Of a stretch of DNA of 64,000 bases, positions 52,446 through 64,000 are shown one piece after another. Numbering within the stretch: the stretch's first letter is position 1; every line of letters starts with the position of its first letter. This DNA is from Octopus bimaculoides (lineage: Eukaryota). The stretch covers positions 32,021,923 to 32,085,922 of the forward strand of contig NC_068991.1 in NCBI RefSeq assembly GCF_001194135.2, written 5' to 3'. The notes under the pieces were generated by a model, which did not search any database, was not told the DNA's origin, and was given only the letters and a program-made list of their open reading frames with translations. The position numbers and the translations under genes were made by a program.

Positions 52446-53907
52446 ATATATNNNNNNNNNNNNNNNNNNNNNNNNNNNNNNNNNNNNNNNNNNNNNNNNN
52501 NNNNNNNNNNNNNNNNNNNNNNNNNNNNNNNNNNNNNNNNNNNNNNNNNNNNNNNNNNNNNNNNNNNNNNNNNNNNNNNNNNNNNNNNNNNNNNNNNNNN
52601 NNNNNNNNNNNNNNNNNNNNNNNNNNNNNNNNNNNNNNNNNNNNNNNNNNNNNNNNNNNNNNNNNNNNNNNNNNNNNNNNNNNNNNNNNNNNNNNNNNNN
52701 NNNNNNNNNNNNNNNNNNNNNNNNNNNNNNNNNNNNNNNNNNNNNNNNNNNNNNNNNNNNNNNNNNNNNNNNNNNNNNNNNNNNNNNNNNNNNNNNNNNN
52801 NNNNNNNNNNNNNNNNNNNNNNNNNNNNNNNNNNNNNNNNNNNNNNNNNNNNNNNNNNNNNNNNNNNNNNNNNNNNNNNNNNNNNNNNNNNNNNNNNNNN
52901 NNNNNNNNNNNNNNNNNNNNNNNNNNNNNNNNNNNNNNNNNNNNNNNNNNNNNNNNNNNNNNNNNNNNNNNNNNNNNNNNNNNNNNNNNNNNNNNNNNNN
53001 NNNNNNNNNNNNNNNNNNNNNNNNNNNNNNNNNNNNNNNNNNNNNNNNNNNNNNNNATATATGTATATGACATCACGTGCATATACCCATATACATATTG
53101 AAAAATCAACCACAGTACTTATTTTTTAAGCCTGGTACTATCGGTTTCTAATAGCAAACTGCTAAGTTACAGGGATGACAACAAAAAAAAAACACTAGTT
53201 GTCTGAGGAGATGCAAACACAATCATATACACACACACAACAGGCTTTTTTCAGTTCTCCAGTCTAGGGCTATAGAAGACTTTGTTAGCACAGAGGAAAT
53301 GAATTCTGAACCATGTCACTTTTATGTACACACACACACACACACACACACACAGTGTCAGATGCAGATGGCAGTGGAACATCTGCAGTGGTTGTACAGG
53401 CTACATGGAGTAGCAGTCTTGCATGCAGTGACTGTAATTGAAGATGCTCACCATCGGCACTAGATATATGGATGGATGGACACACACACACACAAACAAA
53501 CAAACACACTAATGGACATAAATATATATTCTCTCTCTATCTTTTCCTTTCAATCCTTTCTGTTGAAGACTTTTACTTTCTTCCAGAGCGTCAAACTAAT
53601 ACACCTGCTTTTTGTTCCCTCACCTGTCTTCATCTTTTGTTTTCTGTGAATTTGAACTACACAGCTATATATATGTGCGTGTGCTTTTCAAAGTGACACA
53701 CAGTCACTGATCTCATAAGTAGAAAAATTATTATATACAAATATTCACACACAAACATAGATACATGCTAAAGCATGAAACTCTCTCCCCTTGAGTCACT
53801 GTTGCTTTTACTCTGTGTGTGTGTGTGTGCATATACACACACACTCTCTCATGTTTTTGAGTTCTATTTTTCCTGTTTGCATCACCAAACCTATATATCT
53901 GTTTTCC

Positions 53908-53981
<74 letters not shown>

Positions 53982-55229
53982 ATGTTTTTGCATTTAGTTT
54001 GCAAGATTCTTTATGACTCTTCCCAAACACTAAAGGAATGCTAAATGGATGGCGACTGTGGAACATACAGAGTTCTCTTCAGTACACACCCTTCAATCTA
54101 ACATATACACTCACTCCAATAATTATATAAGCTTATGAAGGGGGGACTAGAGAAAGAAAAATGCAAGATTGTGAGATTTATAAAATCTGGTTATTACTGA
54201 GTCTGAGAAGATTTAGATTACGGTATAATTGTGAAACACTTTTAAAATAGGTGTAAGGGTATTGGTTGTTTGGTCTCAGCTCAATCCTGATTAAGAAGAC
54301 CCATAATCAATGACATTCCAGCTACGACAATCTCGTCCAAGTCTTTTGTTTTCTCGTAGACAGTGATTTGTGGGAGATTTACCTGCTATTTCTAGCAGAT
54401 CCTGTAATCACATAGAGATTAGTTTGTTGTTGATGCAGGAAATAAACGAGAAATTGTTGCAGAGCTGAAGCGGGGTGGGTGTTTCAGTGAAATAAAAGAT
54501 ATTTTATTTTCTTGTTTAGTGAAGCACCTTGTTGAATGGTGAGGGGATATTTCAAGCGGTCCGGTAAAATTCGTAAATTATATTTATAAATTCCACCCCC
54601 ACCCGCAACACACATACGCGCGCGTACGTATGTGCTTGTGTATTGATGTGTGTATTTTTTTTATAGAAGACCTAAGATTTGTGAGAATTACAACTACGAC
54701 TTAAGTTACATAAAATAATCGAACAATTTGCTCCCAAAATATAAATTATATTATTATTTAAAGTGAGCCATTACAGTTCCCAGAGAGACAGTACATAAAT
54801 AGCTTCAGAACCAAGTAAAACGGCAAGTGTATATTTCAACATACTTGCATACGGTATATCAGTATATTATATGTTTGTGTAGAGAAAGAGCGATACAGAT
54901 ATTTAGATATATACACACATACATTTGTGAGTACATTATATCATATGTCTGTATTATACGTGTGTGCGCGCTGTGATCGCACATTAATGAAATCCGACGA
55001 AAAAAAGAAAGAATGGCCAGCGAGGTTGTGAGAAGGGAGAACAATATTTCAATGAAGCGACAAAAGACGGAAGCCAGCAGTTGCTGCCACAATCCGCCGG
55101 AATGGTGAAGAAACAGGAGTAAAAAAGACAATGTTGTAGAGTTAAAAAACAGAAGCAACAAGTCAACATTGTAGTATCCTTTCAACGTCTTTAAAGTATG
55201 ATTAAATGCAGAAAGAAATGGATTTTTAC

Positions 55230-55243
55230 CTGTGGACATGTTT
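55230..55243 (-). CDS. Candidate RTN start exon or microexon (AAAC ATG TCC ACA G; MST, giving [12 protein letters not shown] when spliced to 33865)
   Basis: ATG at 55239, phase-1 donor CAG|gtaaaa compatible with the RHD exon, polypyrimidine-AG immediately upstream, locally CpG-enriched region. No transcript evidence. Confidence 0.3.
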
Positions 55244-55980
55244 CTAAATAAATAAAAAAATAAACAAAAGGTTTAACTGGAATGAAATAAATCCTGTTTG
55301 GAGTTGAATGTCTGAACAGGGTTCAGATTCAGTCCTTCTCCTGTAGTTTCAGTACTACAACTACTATTACATTAATGTCTACATCTACCGCTGCTCTGTA
55401 CCCCTCTCTCTTATGAACCGCCCCCTTTCTTCAATAAATATACCTTTTGTCTCTCCATTCATTCTTTTCATTCAAATCCTGATTTGTCACAAACTCTCTC
55501 ATGCAACTCTGCCTGGCATGTCCTTTCTCTCTATGCCTTGTCTGTCAAAACAATTATAATTAAATATAATAATGGACAAATAATAATGTGCTCATCGAAA
55601 ACAGAGAGACACTTTCCTCTTTTAGACTTTGTCATTGTTTGTATAATAGTTCAGTTTATTTATTAGTGACAATTAAAGGTTAGATTCTGGCTATCTAGGA
55701 ATAGACATAATCTTTTATTTAGTTTTGCTAATATTAGCGATTGAAAGAGAAAACAGAACGTTACACTCCAACATCGCCTTTATAAAACAAATTTACAGGT
55801 TGATGTCATGAGAAGCAATGGGGAAATGTTTTGGGCAAAGCGTTTCATATACAGAAATAAACAAACTTTAGATCATTCAAATATGTCCGAAATACGTTTG
55901 AGACATTTGAACCTGCAAACACTGTATGTGTACACACACACACATGCGTATATATTTATTTGTATGCGTGTTTACGTGTT

Positions 55981-56024
<44 letters not shown>

Positions 56025-57177
56025 NNNNNNNNNNNNNNNNNNNNNNNNNNNNNNNNNNNNNNNNNNNNNNNNNNNNNNNNNNNNNNNNNNNNNNNNNNNN
56101 NNNNNAAAACTCAATTAAATTCAATTTATCAAAAATTAAAATTAAATTAAGTTACACAGTATAAGATATATAAATATATAATTTAGAGAAAAGAACCAAA
56201 GTTCATGAACTTATCCATGAAAATCCGCAGTCACATATAGAAAAAATACACGATAAATAAGTATAATAAAATACAAAGTAAAAATCATAAAATAATAATA
56301 ATAATAATAATGATAATAATATATAGATAGATAGATATATACACACACATACATAGAGAGAGAGAGAGAGAGATACACATTTTATACACACATACATGTA
56401 TATAGGATGTCCTAAAAGCATTGTTTAATGCTTGTAATCCACTCTGCCCCACATATCACATATCATTTCCCTTCTCCACTTTCTTTGCAATACCAGGTAC
56501 CTCCTTCTCTTGGATCCACTTCTATCCCTTATCCTCCTTGTCTCATACTATTTTTGCCAGATCACCTCTTTCCGGTGCCTTCAGTTATCTCTTTCCTCTA
56601 CCATACTCCATTTTAACACCTCACATATCTGCTGTCATTCTCAACACCCTCTCGTATCTGGCGTCACATTCCACTAAAACCACATTTATGTACAACAACT
56701 CCTTCCTCACTTACTCTTGCACATCACCCCTCTTCCTTCTGGTCTATCCTCCTTCCTGAGCTACTTCTCTCACCCTCTTTCTCTCTCTCTCTCTCACTTA
56801 ACCCACTCTCTATACTGGTATTTCACATCAACTGCTCCTCCACTCTTGTTCATCACTCTCTACATTCACCTTCACTCCCATTTCTAACCATCTGTTACAC
56901 TCTTCTTGTATTCTTATAAAACTACACCCAACCCGCTCACTCACCCATCCACAGTCCATATCCTCTCCTATGCTCACCTTGTGAATTTGCTTAACTCCAT
57001 CACTACAATCTTTATCTCCTTCCTAACAACTCCCACCCAAATTTTATGTAATGTGAAGCCATATATCTTTTCTATGTTTGTCTCTTCTATTATATATATC
57101 CCATGCCTGCATGGAAAATGATGTTGATAACACTGATGATTATGCACATGTTATCTAAGTACATCTTATCTTTAATA

Positions 57178-57557
57178 TTTTACTTGTTTCAGTCATTAAA
57201 CTGTGGCCATGCTGGAGCACTCCTTTCAAGGGACTGTTGAAACAAATGGAATCCAGTACTTTATAAGCCTAATACTTATTGTAAGGGCCTCTTTTACTGA
57301 ACTGTCAAGCTACGGGGATATAAACAAATCAATACTGGTAGTCAAGTAGTGTTGGAGACAATCACAACACACATGTACATACATACATATACATAATGGA
57401 TTTCTTTCAGTTTCTGTTTACCATATCCACTCACAAGGCTTTGATTGACCTACAGCTTATAGTACAAGACACTTGCCTAAGGTAATGTGTGCTAGCACTG
57501 AAATCAAAATCACATGGTTAGGAAGCAAGCTTCTTAAACACAGCAATGTCTGCACCT
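57178..57557 (-). mobile_element. CORE-type long SINE, older copy
   Basis: Diverged reverse-oriented member of the same family. Confidence 0.75.
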
Positions 57558-57575
57558 ATGTATGTATGTATGTAT

Positions 57576-57940
57576 AGGCACAGGAGTGGCTACCAACCAC
57601 ATGGTTCCAGGTTCAGTCCCACTGTGTGGCACCTTGGGCAAGTGTCTTCTACTATAGCGTCGGGCCGACCAAAACCTTGTGAGTGGATTTGGTAGACAGA
57701 AACTGAAAGAAGCCTGTTGTATATATGTATATATATATGTGTGTGCGTGTATGTTTGTCCCCCTAGCATTGCTTGACAACTGATGCTGGTGTGTTTACGT
57801 CCCCGTCACTTAGCGGTTTGGCAAAAGAGACCGATAGAATAAGTACTAGGCTTACAAAGAATAAGTCCCGGGCTCGATTTGCTCGAATAAAGGCGGTGCT
57901 CCAGCATGGCCGCAGTCAAATGACTGAAACAAGTAAAAGA
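57576..57940 (+). mobile_element. CORE-type long SINE (~370 bp with internal microsatellite)
   Basis: ggttcagtcccactgtgtggcaccttgggcaagtgtc core and ...gactgaaacaagtaaaaga tail; same family as 44058-44456. Confidence 0.85.
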
Positions 57941-58462
57941 GTATGCGTATGCATATACACACACACACATAAGATTCTTAAATACTTAAATTGAGACACC
58001 TTGTTAGGTCGGTATAATCCACATACTCAAACAATATTAATTGAATATTGAATATCAAGACTCCATGCAGGGGTGTTTGTACCTGATATTCCTGCCATGT
58101 GCAGGCAATGCAACCCAGCTAAGTGAAGATATCTTGGTCTTAGTAATTCAGACATGTACTTTTTATAAAGGTACTTTCTATAGTATTTCTGAAGTGCAGA
58201 TTCCAAGCTGAATAGAATATTCACCTAGCTTGTTTATAAGCTTTAAACTTATAAAATATTATTATTATCATTTAGATATGTATATAAAATACCAACATCC
58301 TATACCGCGTGACCTTTCTCGACCAGTAGTAAACATTGACTCTCTTCAATTGAACTCTCATTCAGACCCCAATGGCCGAAGATTAGCCACATGCTTGAAA
58401 CCGTTTGATCTATACATGTAACTCCCAATAAATGTGTTGAGTGCTCTTCTTTTGTTTGTCCA

Positions 58463-58526
<64 letters not shown>

Positions 58527-58900
58527 CTTTTACTTGTTTCAGTCATTTTGACTGCGGCCATGCTGGAGCGCCACCTTTAGTCGAACAAATCGACTCCTGG
58601 ACTTATTCTTTGTAAGCCTAGTACTTATTCTATTGGTCTCTTTTGCCAAACCGCTAAGTTACGAGGAAGTCAACTTACCAACATTGGTTGTCAAGCGATG
58701 GTGGAGGGACAAACTCAGATACACAAATACAAACATATATACGATGGGCTTCTTTTAGTTTCCGTCTACCAAATGCATTCACAAGGCTTTGGTTGGCCTG
58801 CAGCTACAGTAGAAGACACTTACTTGTCCAAGGTGCCACGCAGTGGAACTGAACCTGGAATCATATGGTTTGGAAGCAAGCTTCTTACCACACAGCCACA
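58527..58900 (-). mobile_element. CORE-type long SINE
   Basis: Reverse complement of the 57576-57940 family. Confidence 0.85.
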
Positions 58901-61319
58901 GTAATCCCTGGACTGTTGTGGGTGTTACACTCCCCCCTCCCCGCGACAGGTGAACCACGATATGGTGAAGGATTACTGTATACACACACACACACGTGTG
59001 CATGTATATACACACACAGACTCACACACATATATATAATGAGGAATTAATAGTGAGAACATTTGATTCAACAAGTTGATGGTAAAAGCTGTTGAGTTTC
59101 TGCTTCAATGAAGAAACGAAAGAAGCAACAAGTGGCTGGCAACTTGAATGAGATGACAGCCTGCTGCCATGGCTCCTTTCTTCTTTGCCAGATAAGAAGA
59201 TTAAAATACAATGATTATGTTGTGGATGATGAAAGTAATGATGATTATGGTAAGAGGTTGAACAGAGCTCTATACCATAACTTCAATAAATTCATTAATT
59301 TCACAATTAATTCTATTGACAGAAGTACAAGGAAGGAGAAAGAGAGAGAAAGAATAATATAATAAAAAATGTATACATAGATATATACAGTATGTGTATG
59401 TATCTGTCAGATATTTATATATACACACAAGTATGCGTGAGCATCTATCTTTCTGTGAGTGTGAATATGCATACATATATATATATCATGCATGTTTGTA
59501 TATATATATATATATAATCATCCTATATACTCTCATCAACAGACTATGCTGGCATAGATTGGACAAGTCATCACAGTCCAAGTCAGTTCTTATCTAGAGT
59601 TACTACTCTCCCTGATGGGCCATGTTTGCACATGATGTGAACAGAAGAACCAAAAATGAAAGCAAGTGGGAGACTGATGGGAGCAGCAGAGTGGTTGGGA
59701 TATGATGGTGATGAGAAGAATCAGAATGATGGGTAATGGTTAGAATAGATGATGAATGTCAATACCATGTGCGAATAAAACTGGAGGGTATGGCGAACAT
59801 GCAGATCTGATCTGATTCTTCAAGATGGGCAAGAAAGCTAAAGGAAGAAAGAGTGGAGAGGGAGGTGTTGAGGGTTGAAAAGGTGAGGAAGTCAGATAAG
59901 TCTGGTGATATCTCTAGTTAAACTGGAAGTGTGATCTAGTAGGGAGGAGAAAACCACTACCATCCGCAGTTATACTGACAGTACAGTATGAGAGTTAGTT
60001 CAATTATTTGGTCATGGTTTTATGTCAGTCTTTCTGTGTTTGCAGTTTCCTGACTCTAATAAGTGATCTCTTAAAGAGATCACTTATTCAAAAGGACTTT
60101 GAAGTGTGCAAAGAATTTGCATTCATTTTCCATGCTGACATAGGTAGGACAATATGACAAGTGTGTGTGTGCATAATTATCTATATGTTTCTGTAGGTGT
60201 ATGTGTGCATATATGTGTTTGTATTTATAGGTCGGTTCAGAATAACTAAATGGTTAAAAAAATTCACTTGGCAACTATGTGATCCTGGGTACAGTATTTG
60301 GGAACATGTCATTTTCTATAGCCTTGGATCAACCTATACCTTCTGAATGAAACTGCTTAGAATCCTGTTGGGTGAATTTTGCTTGTAACTGAAGAGGTTT
60401 GGCCTTGTCACACACACTCTCATGCTGATTCTGCCTGAGAATTATGTTATAGATTCAAACATCTGTGGAATATTCAGCTATTGACATGTTAATTCAGGAG
60501 CAGAAAATTCAGCTGATTAAATAATTGAATTATTATCATCAAAGGATAGAGATCCACAACTACAGAAGATGGGATAAGCAGAGAGAGAGAGGGGGGCAGG
60601 GAGACAGAGAGTTAGGGTGAAGCTTTATTTCTTTGACTTTATTTTTTTATATAAACCTAGGGACAGTAGAGTCACATCTTGATACACAACAGTAGCTGCT
60701 ATGGAAACCACAGTGATATTTTTTGTTTTATTTCTTCATTATTCATCCTCCACCCAGACTCCTGAGAAGAAAAATATGACCAGACAGAAAGTGTATGAGT
60801 ATGGATAGTTGGGGTGGGGTGGGGTTGTACAGTGTACAGAGAGAAAGAGTGTGTGTGTGTGTGTTTGTGTGTGTACAGGAAGGTACATAACAAGTATATT
60901 TGAAAGAGTGAGCAACAGTATGTCTGCCAGGGTTAAAATGAGAAATACAAAAGTCATTTCTATGAAAATGCATCCAAAGCTGTGTACGTGCGAGCACGCG
61001 CACGCACACACACACACAAGGGATGTGAGCTAGTTCATCATTCTAAACTGTTGCAGCCCAACAAACAGAGGTTGACTGTTTGAAATTGTGACCTCTGTTG
61101 TGATGCCCATGCCTTCATAACATCAAGGACAGAGAATAAGATAAAAATGAAAATAATCAAAGGAGACTGAAAAACAGAGTTGATAAAGGAAAGATATTTA
61201 GATAGGGGAAATGACGTAGTGGCATTAAGGAAAAAAAATCACATGACTGTAAATAATGAATGGTTTCATATTTAGTCATAGTGAAAAAACAAATAAGAAC
61301 TATATAAAGCTGTCTCCTT

Positions 61320-61470
61320 CTCTCTCTCTCTGTAGACTAGGAGATCCTGCTGTAAGAACAATAAGGTTCCTTCCCATCCTCTTTCTGTAAAACGGGAGAT
61401 CCTTCTGCAAGAGCTATAAAGTTGCATCCCACCCCCCTCTCTCTCTTAAACTAGGAGATCCATTTCTGTG
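61320..61470 (+). repeat. Degenerate ~56-bp tandem repeat
   Basis: ggagatcc recurs three times at near-constant spacing with similar flanks. Confidence 0.6.
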
Positions 61471-61743
61471 TGTTTTGACAATACAGGATTGAGGAAACCT
61501 GTGCTATGTTTCAGGAAACTCACTGAGTGAGCCTTTCTGTGGTCAATCAACCATAGCAGTTAAATCTTTCTCAAATCACACTTTACCTACTGTCCTAGAT
61601 TAAGGAAGATATATTGGACAATGTGATCACTAATGTGTAAAAAAGATGTGATGATCATAACTGGAAAGCTTTTGATTATAACTCTGGTCTGTCAAAGACT
61701 CAACAACAACACAGTGAATGGGCCTGTAACACAAGAAGGAAGG

Positions 61744-61748
<5 letters not shown>

Positions 61749-61830
<82 letters not shown>
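61749..61830 (+). repeat. (GA)n microsatellite, representative of many others: (TA)n 53908-53978, (TG)n 45850-45902 and 48343-48388, mixed TA/CA 35230-35597
   Basis: Directly visible. Confidence 0.98.
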
Positions 61831-61834
<4 letters not shown>

Positions 61835-63683
61835 ATATAGAGCAAAGGAGAATAGAGTAGATTCAATATATTCAAGGGTATACTGGAAAAGAATTTCAAT
61901 GGATGCAGAGAGTATGAGTCAACTAACTGATGGGTAGATATAGCAAAATACAAAAACTGAGAAAAATGGACAGAGTAACTGACTTAATTTTATAAAACTA
62001 TTGTATGATTGATAAATTTAATTGATCAATGAATTGAAGAGGAAGAGAGATCAACTAGATCAATGATCAATGAATGAACAGAAAAGGGAATTTACATTTC
62101 CAAGATGAGTCAGCTAGATTATATATATATATTATGAGGATGGTGTTGGAGGAATGAGTCAATGTATGGTTGCTAGAGAGATGGGAGATTCAACACATAG
62201 AAACCACAACTAGATGGATTTATTAGTGAATGGATCTGGAATAATATCCTGGTGGATGGATGGATGAATGGATAGTTAAAGATATGAGAAAGAGGAAGAT
62301 GGAGAGAAGGGGGTAAATGCTGAGTCACTAAATATTAAAAAAGGAAAGGAGTTAAAACTATTACACAAGCTTCTTGTTGCCTGGAAGACGATGATGTTAA
62401 GATATTTATATCTAGAATCATCTACCAGTCCATAGAACAACAATACATCCAAATGCAATACACCTGTAGAGTTTATGTATGCATGTGTACACACTTACAC
62501 ATGCACAATACATGACAAGGCAATAAAATGGTAGAGTGTGTGTGTGTGTCTTGTGATGTATATTCTACTCTGTGCTCTGAGTCCAAATGCTATAGAAGCC
62601 AACTTTACTTTTCATCCTTTCAGGGTTGATAAATAAATACAGTCCAGTATTGGAGTGGGGGGAGGGGCAGTTCTCTCCCTCTCTCCAGGAATCAGCTGTG
62701 TCCAGACCTGGATTGCCAGTGCCAGGTTTTAAAAGAGTAAGGGTAAACTGTATGTGACAATGACTATAACTCCATCAGGAGTTGAGAACTGAAGGAAGGA
62801 TACCACAAAGTTAGAACTAACTCTAACCCAACAATACAGACGTTATTTTTTTCTTTTTTTAGTGGATTTCATCCTTATTGTATTTGAGGTAGCACTTTTG
62901 ATAATTGATAATATGATCTACACTTACTGACTACAGAAGGATGAAAGTTAAATTGGATCTTGATGAGGTTTTAACTAAAAAAAAATGAAAGAACGTAGTT
63001 GAATAGTGCAAACTGTATTATCTGATGCTCTACTGATTCTGCTAAAGAAGCAATATATGAAGTAAAGAAGTAAATATGAATAACTGAAGCTCTTTCATAG
63101 TTGAGGTTTATTAAGCTAAGCAGAACACAGTGATGCCAATGTTAAAATATCTGTAGTGATTCTGCATATCTTTGCCCATGTGATGTGGAATAGGTGGTAG
63201 TAGTAGGTCATGTTACACAAGTCATTTCATTGGTATTCTAGATTATTAAGGCTATGGGAGTCCACCAGAATAAAATAGTAATGAAAGGGTCCATACATAA
63301 AAAATGGTTGAGAACTCCTCTATGTGGCCGTTTAGTTTGCTAGAAATAATAGAAAATCTTTATGCTCCCCCACCACTAAATCACAGTCTGCCATCTTAGA
63401 AAAGGACACATTAGCAAATGTGGTCCTGGATTCCCAGCACAAAAGATGTGGTCTAGGGTTGGAATAACTTTGCTCATAGGTCTGCTTGACATTGAACAAA
63501 CAATCTCACTTTGTTGAGGTACATGGATAAACAGGAGTAAGAGTGAGAGGGATACCATAGATTGTATAAATAGACATGTACACACACACTTTCATTTCCA
63601 TTGTGGAGTCACTCCAGTCTCTTGTGCAGATATTTACCCAAATTGATATAGCAACATTCAATTGATACAATGTGAACAGAATT

Positions 63684-64000
63684 AGACAGGCTTGGAGAAG
63701 AAGGGTGTGGAAGCTTAAAGACCCTGCAAACGGACAGAGACTTAGAGACAAGTTACTTGAAGCATTTAACGAAATAGAAGGGGATATAGCATCATACAAC
63801 GTGGAAGACAATTGGAGATTTCTGCGGGACAACCTGTTGAAAGCCACCGACCAGATTTGTGGGTGGTGTAAGGTCCCCTCTCAACCCAGAGTAACGTGGT
63901 GGTGGAACAAGGAGGTAGACAGGGCTATTAGACAAAAGAAACAAGCTTGGAAGGACTGGAAGAACGGTGGTAGCAGGGAATTGTACCAATGTGCCAGAAG
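63684..64000 (+). mobile_element. RTE LINE ORF fragment (linker upstream of RT), running off the window
   Basis: WKLKDP...VEDNWRFLRDNLLKATDQICGWCK...TWWWNKEVDRAIRQKKQAWKDWK is typical of RTE ORFs. Confidence 0.85.

Noticed and set aside
55013-55108. 31-codon plus-strand ORF MASEVVRRENN... in the CpG-enriched region
   Set aside because: Too short, with no recognisable similarity and no splice support.

Overview
AT-rich, microsatellite- and retroposon-dense animal genomic DNA with about a dozen assembly gaps. The repeat types look like octopus (coleoid cephalopod); this assignment is an inference. The main gene is a reticulon (RTN) on the minus strand. Six coding exons assemble by GT-AG splicing into an uninterrupted reticulon homology domain: 33865-33658, 31465-31327, 26514-26445, 25347-25301, 22012-21954 and 8827-8779. 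The first five have the conserved 208/139/70/47/59-nt sizes. A roughly 3-kb 3'UTR follows, and a candidate start exon lies near 55.2 kb. A probable terminal exon of a convergent plus-strand gene lies at about 2282-2430. The introns hold mariner, Tigger and Helitron elements, RTE and other LINE fragments, several SINE families and many fold-back structures. The standout is a 339-bp tandem/inverted repeat array at 39.0-40.2 kb whose units carry a type I hammerhead ribozyme, resembling a retrozyme or satellite-2-type system. The one copy antisense to RTN is intact, while the three copies in the RTN sense orientation have mutated catalytic cores. A second, decayed Penelope-type hammerhead sits in an inverted repeat at 23.0-23.3 kb.
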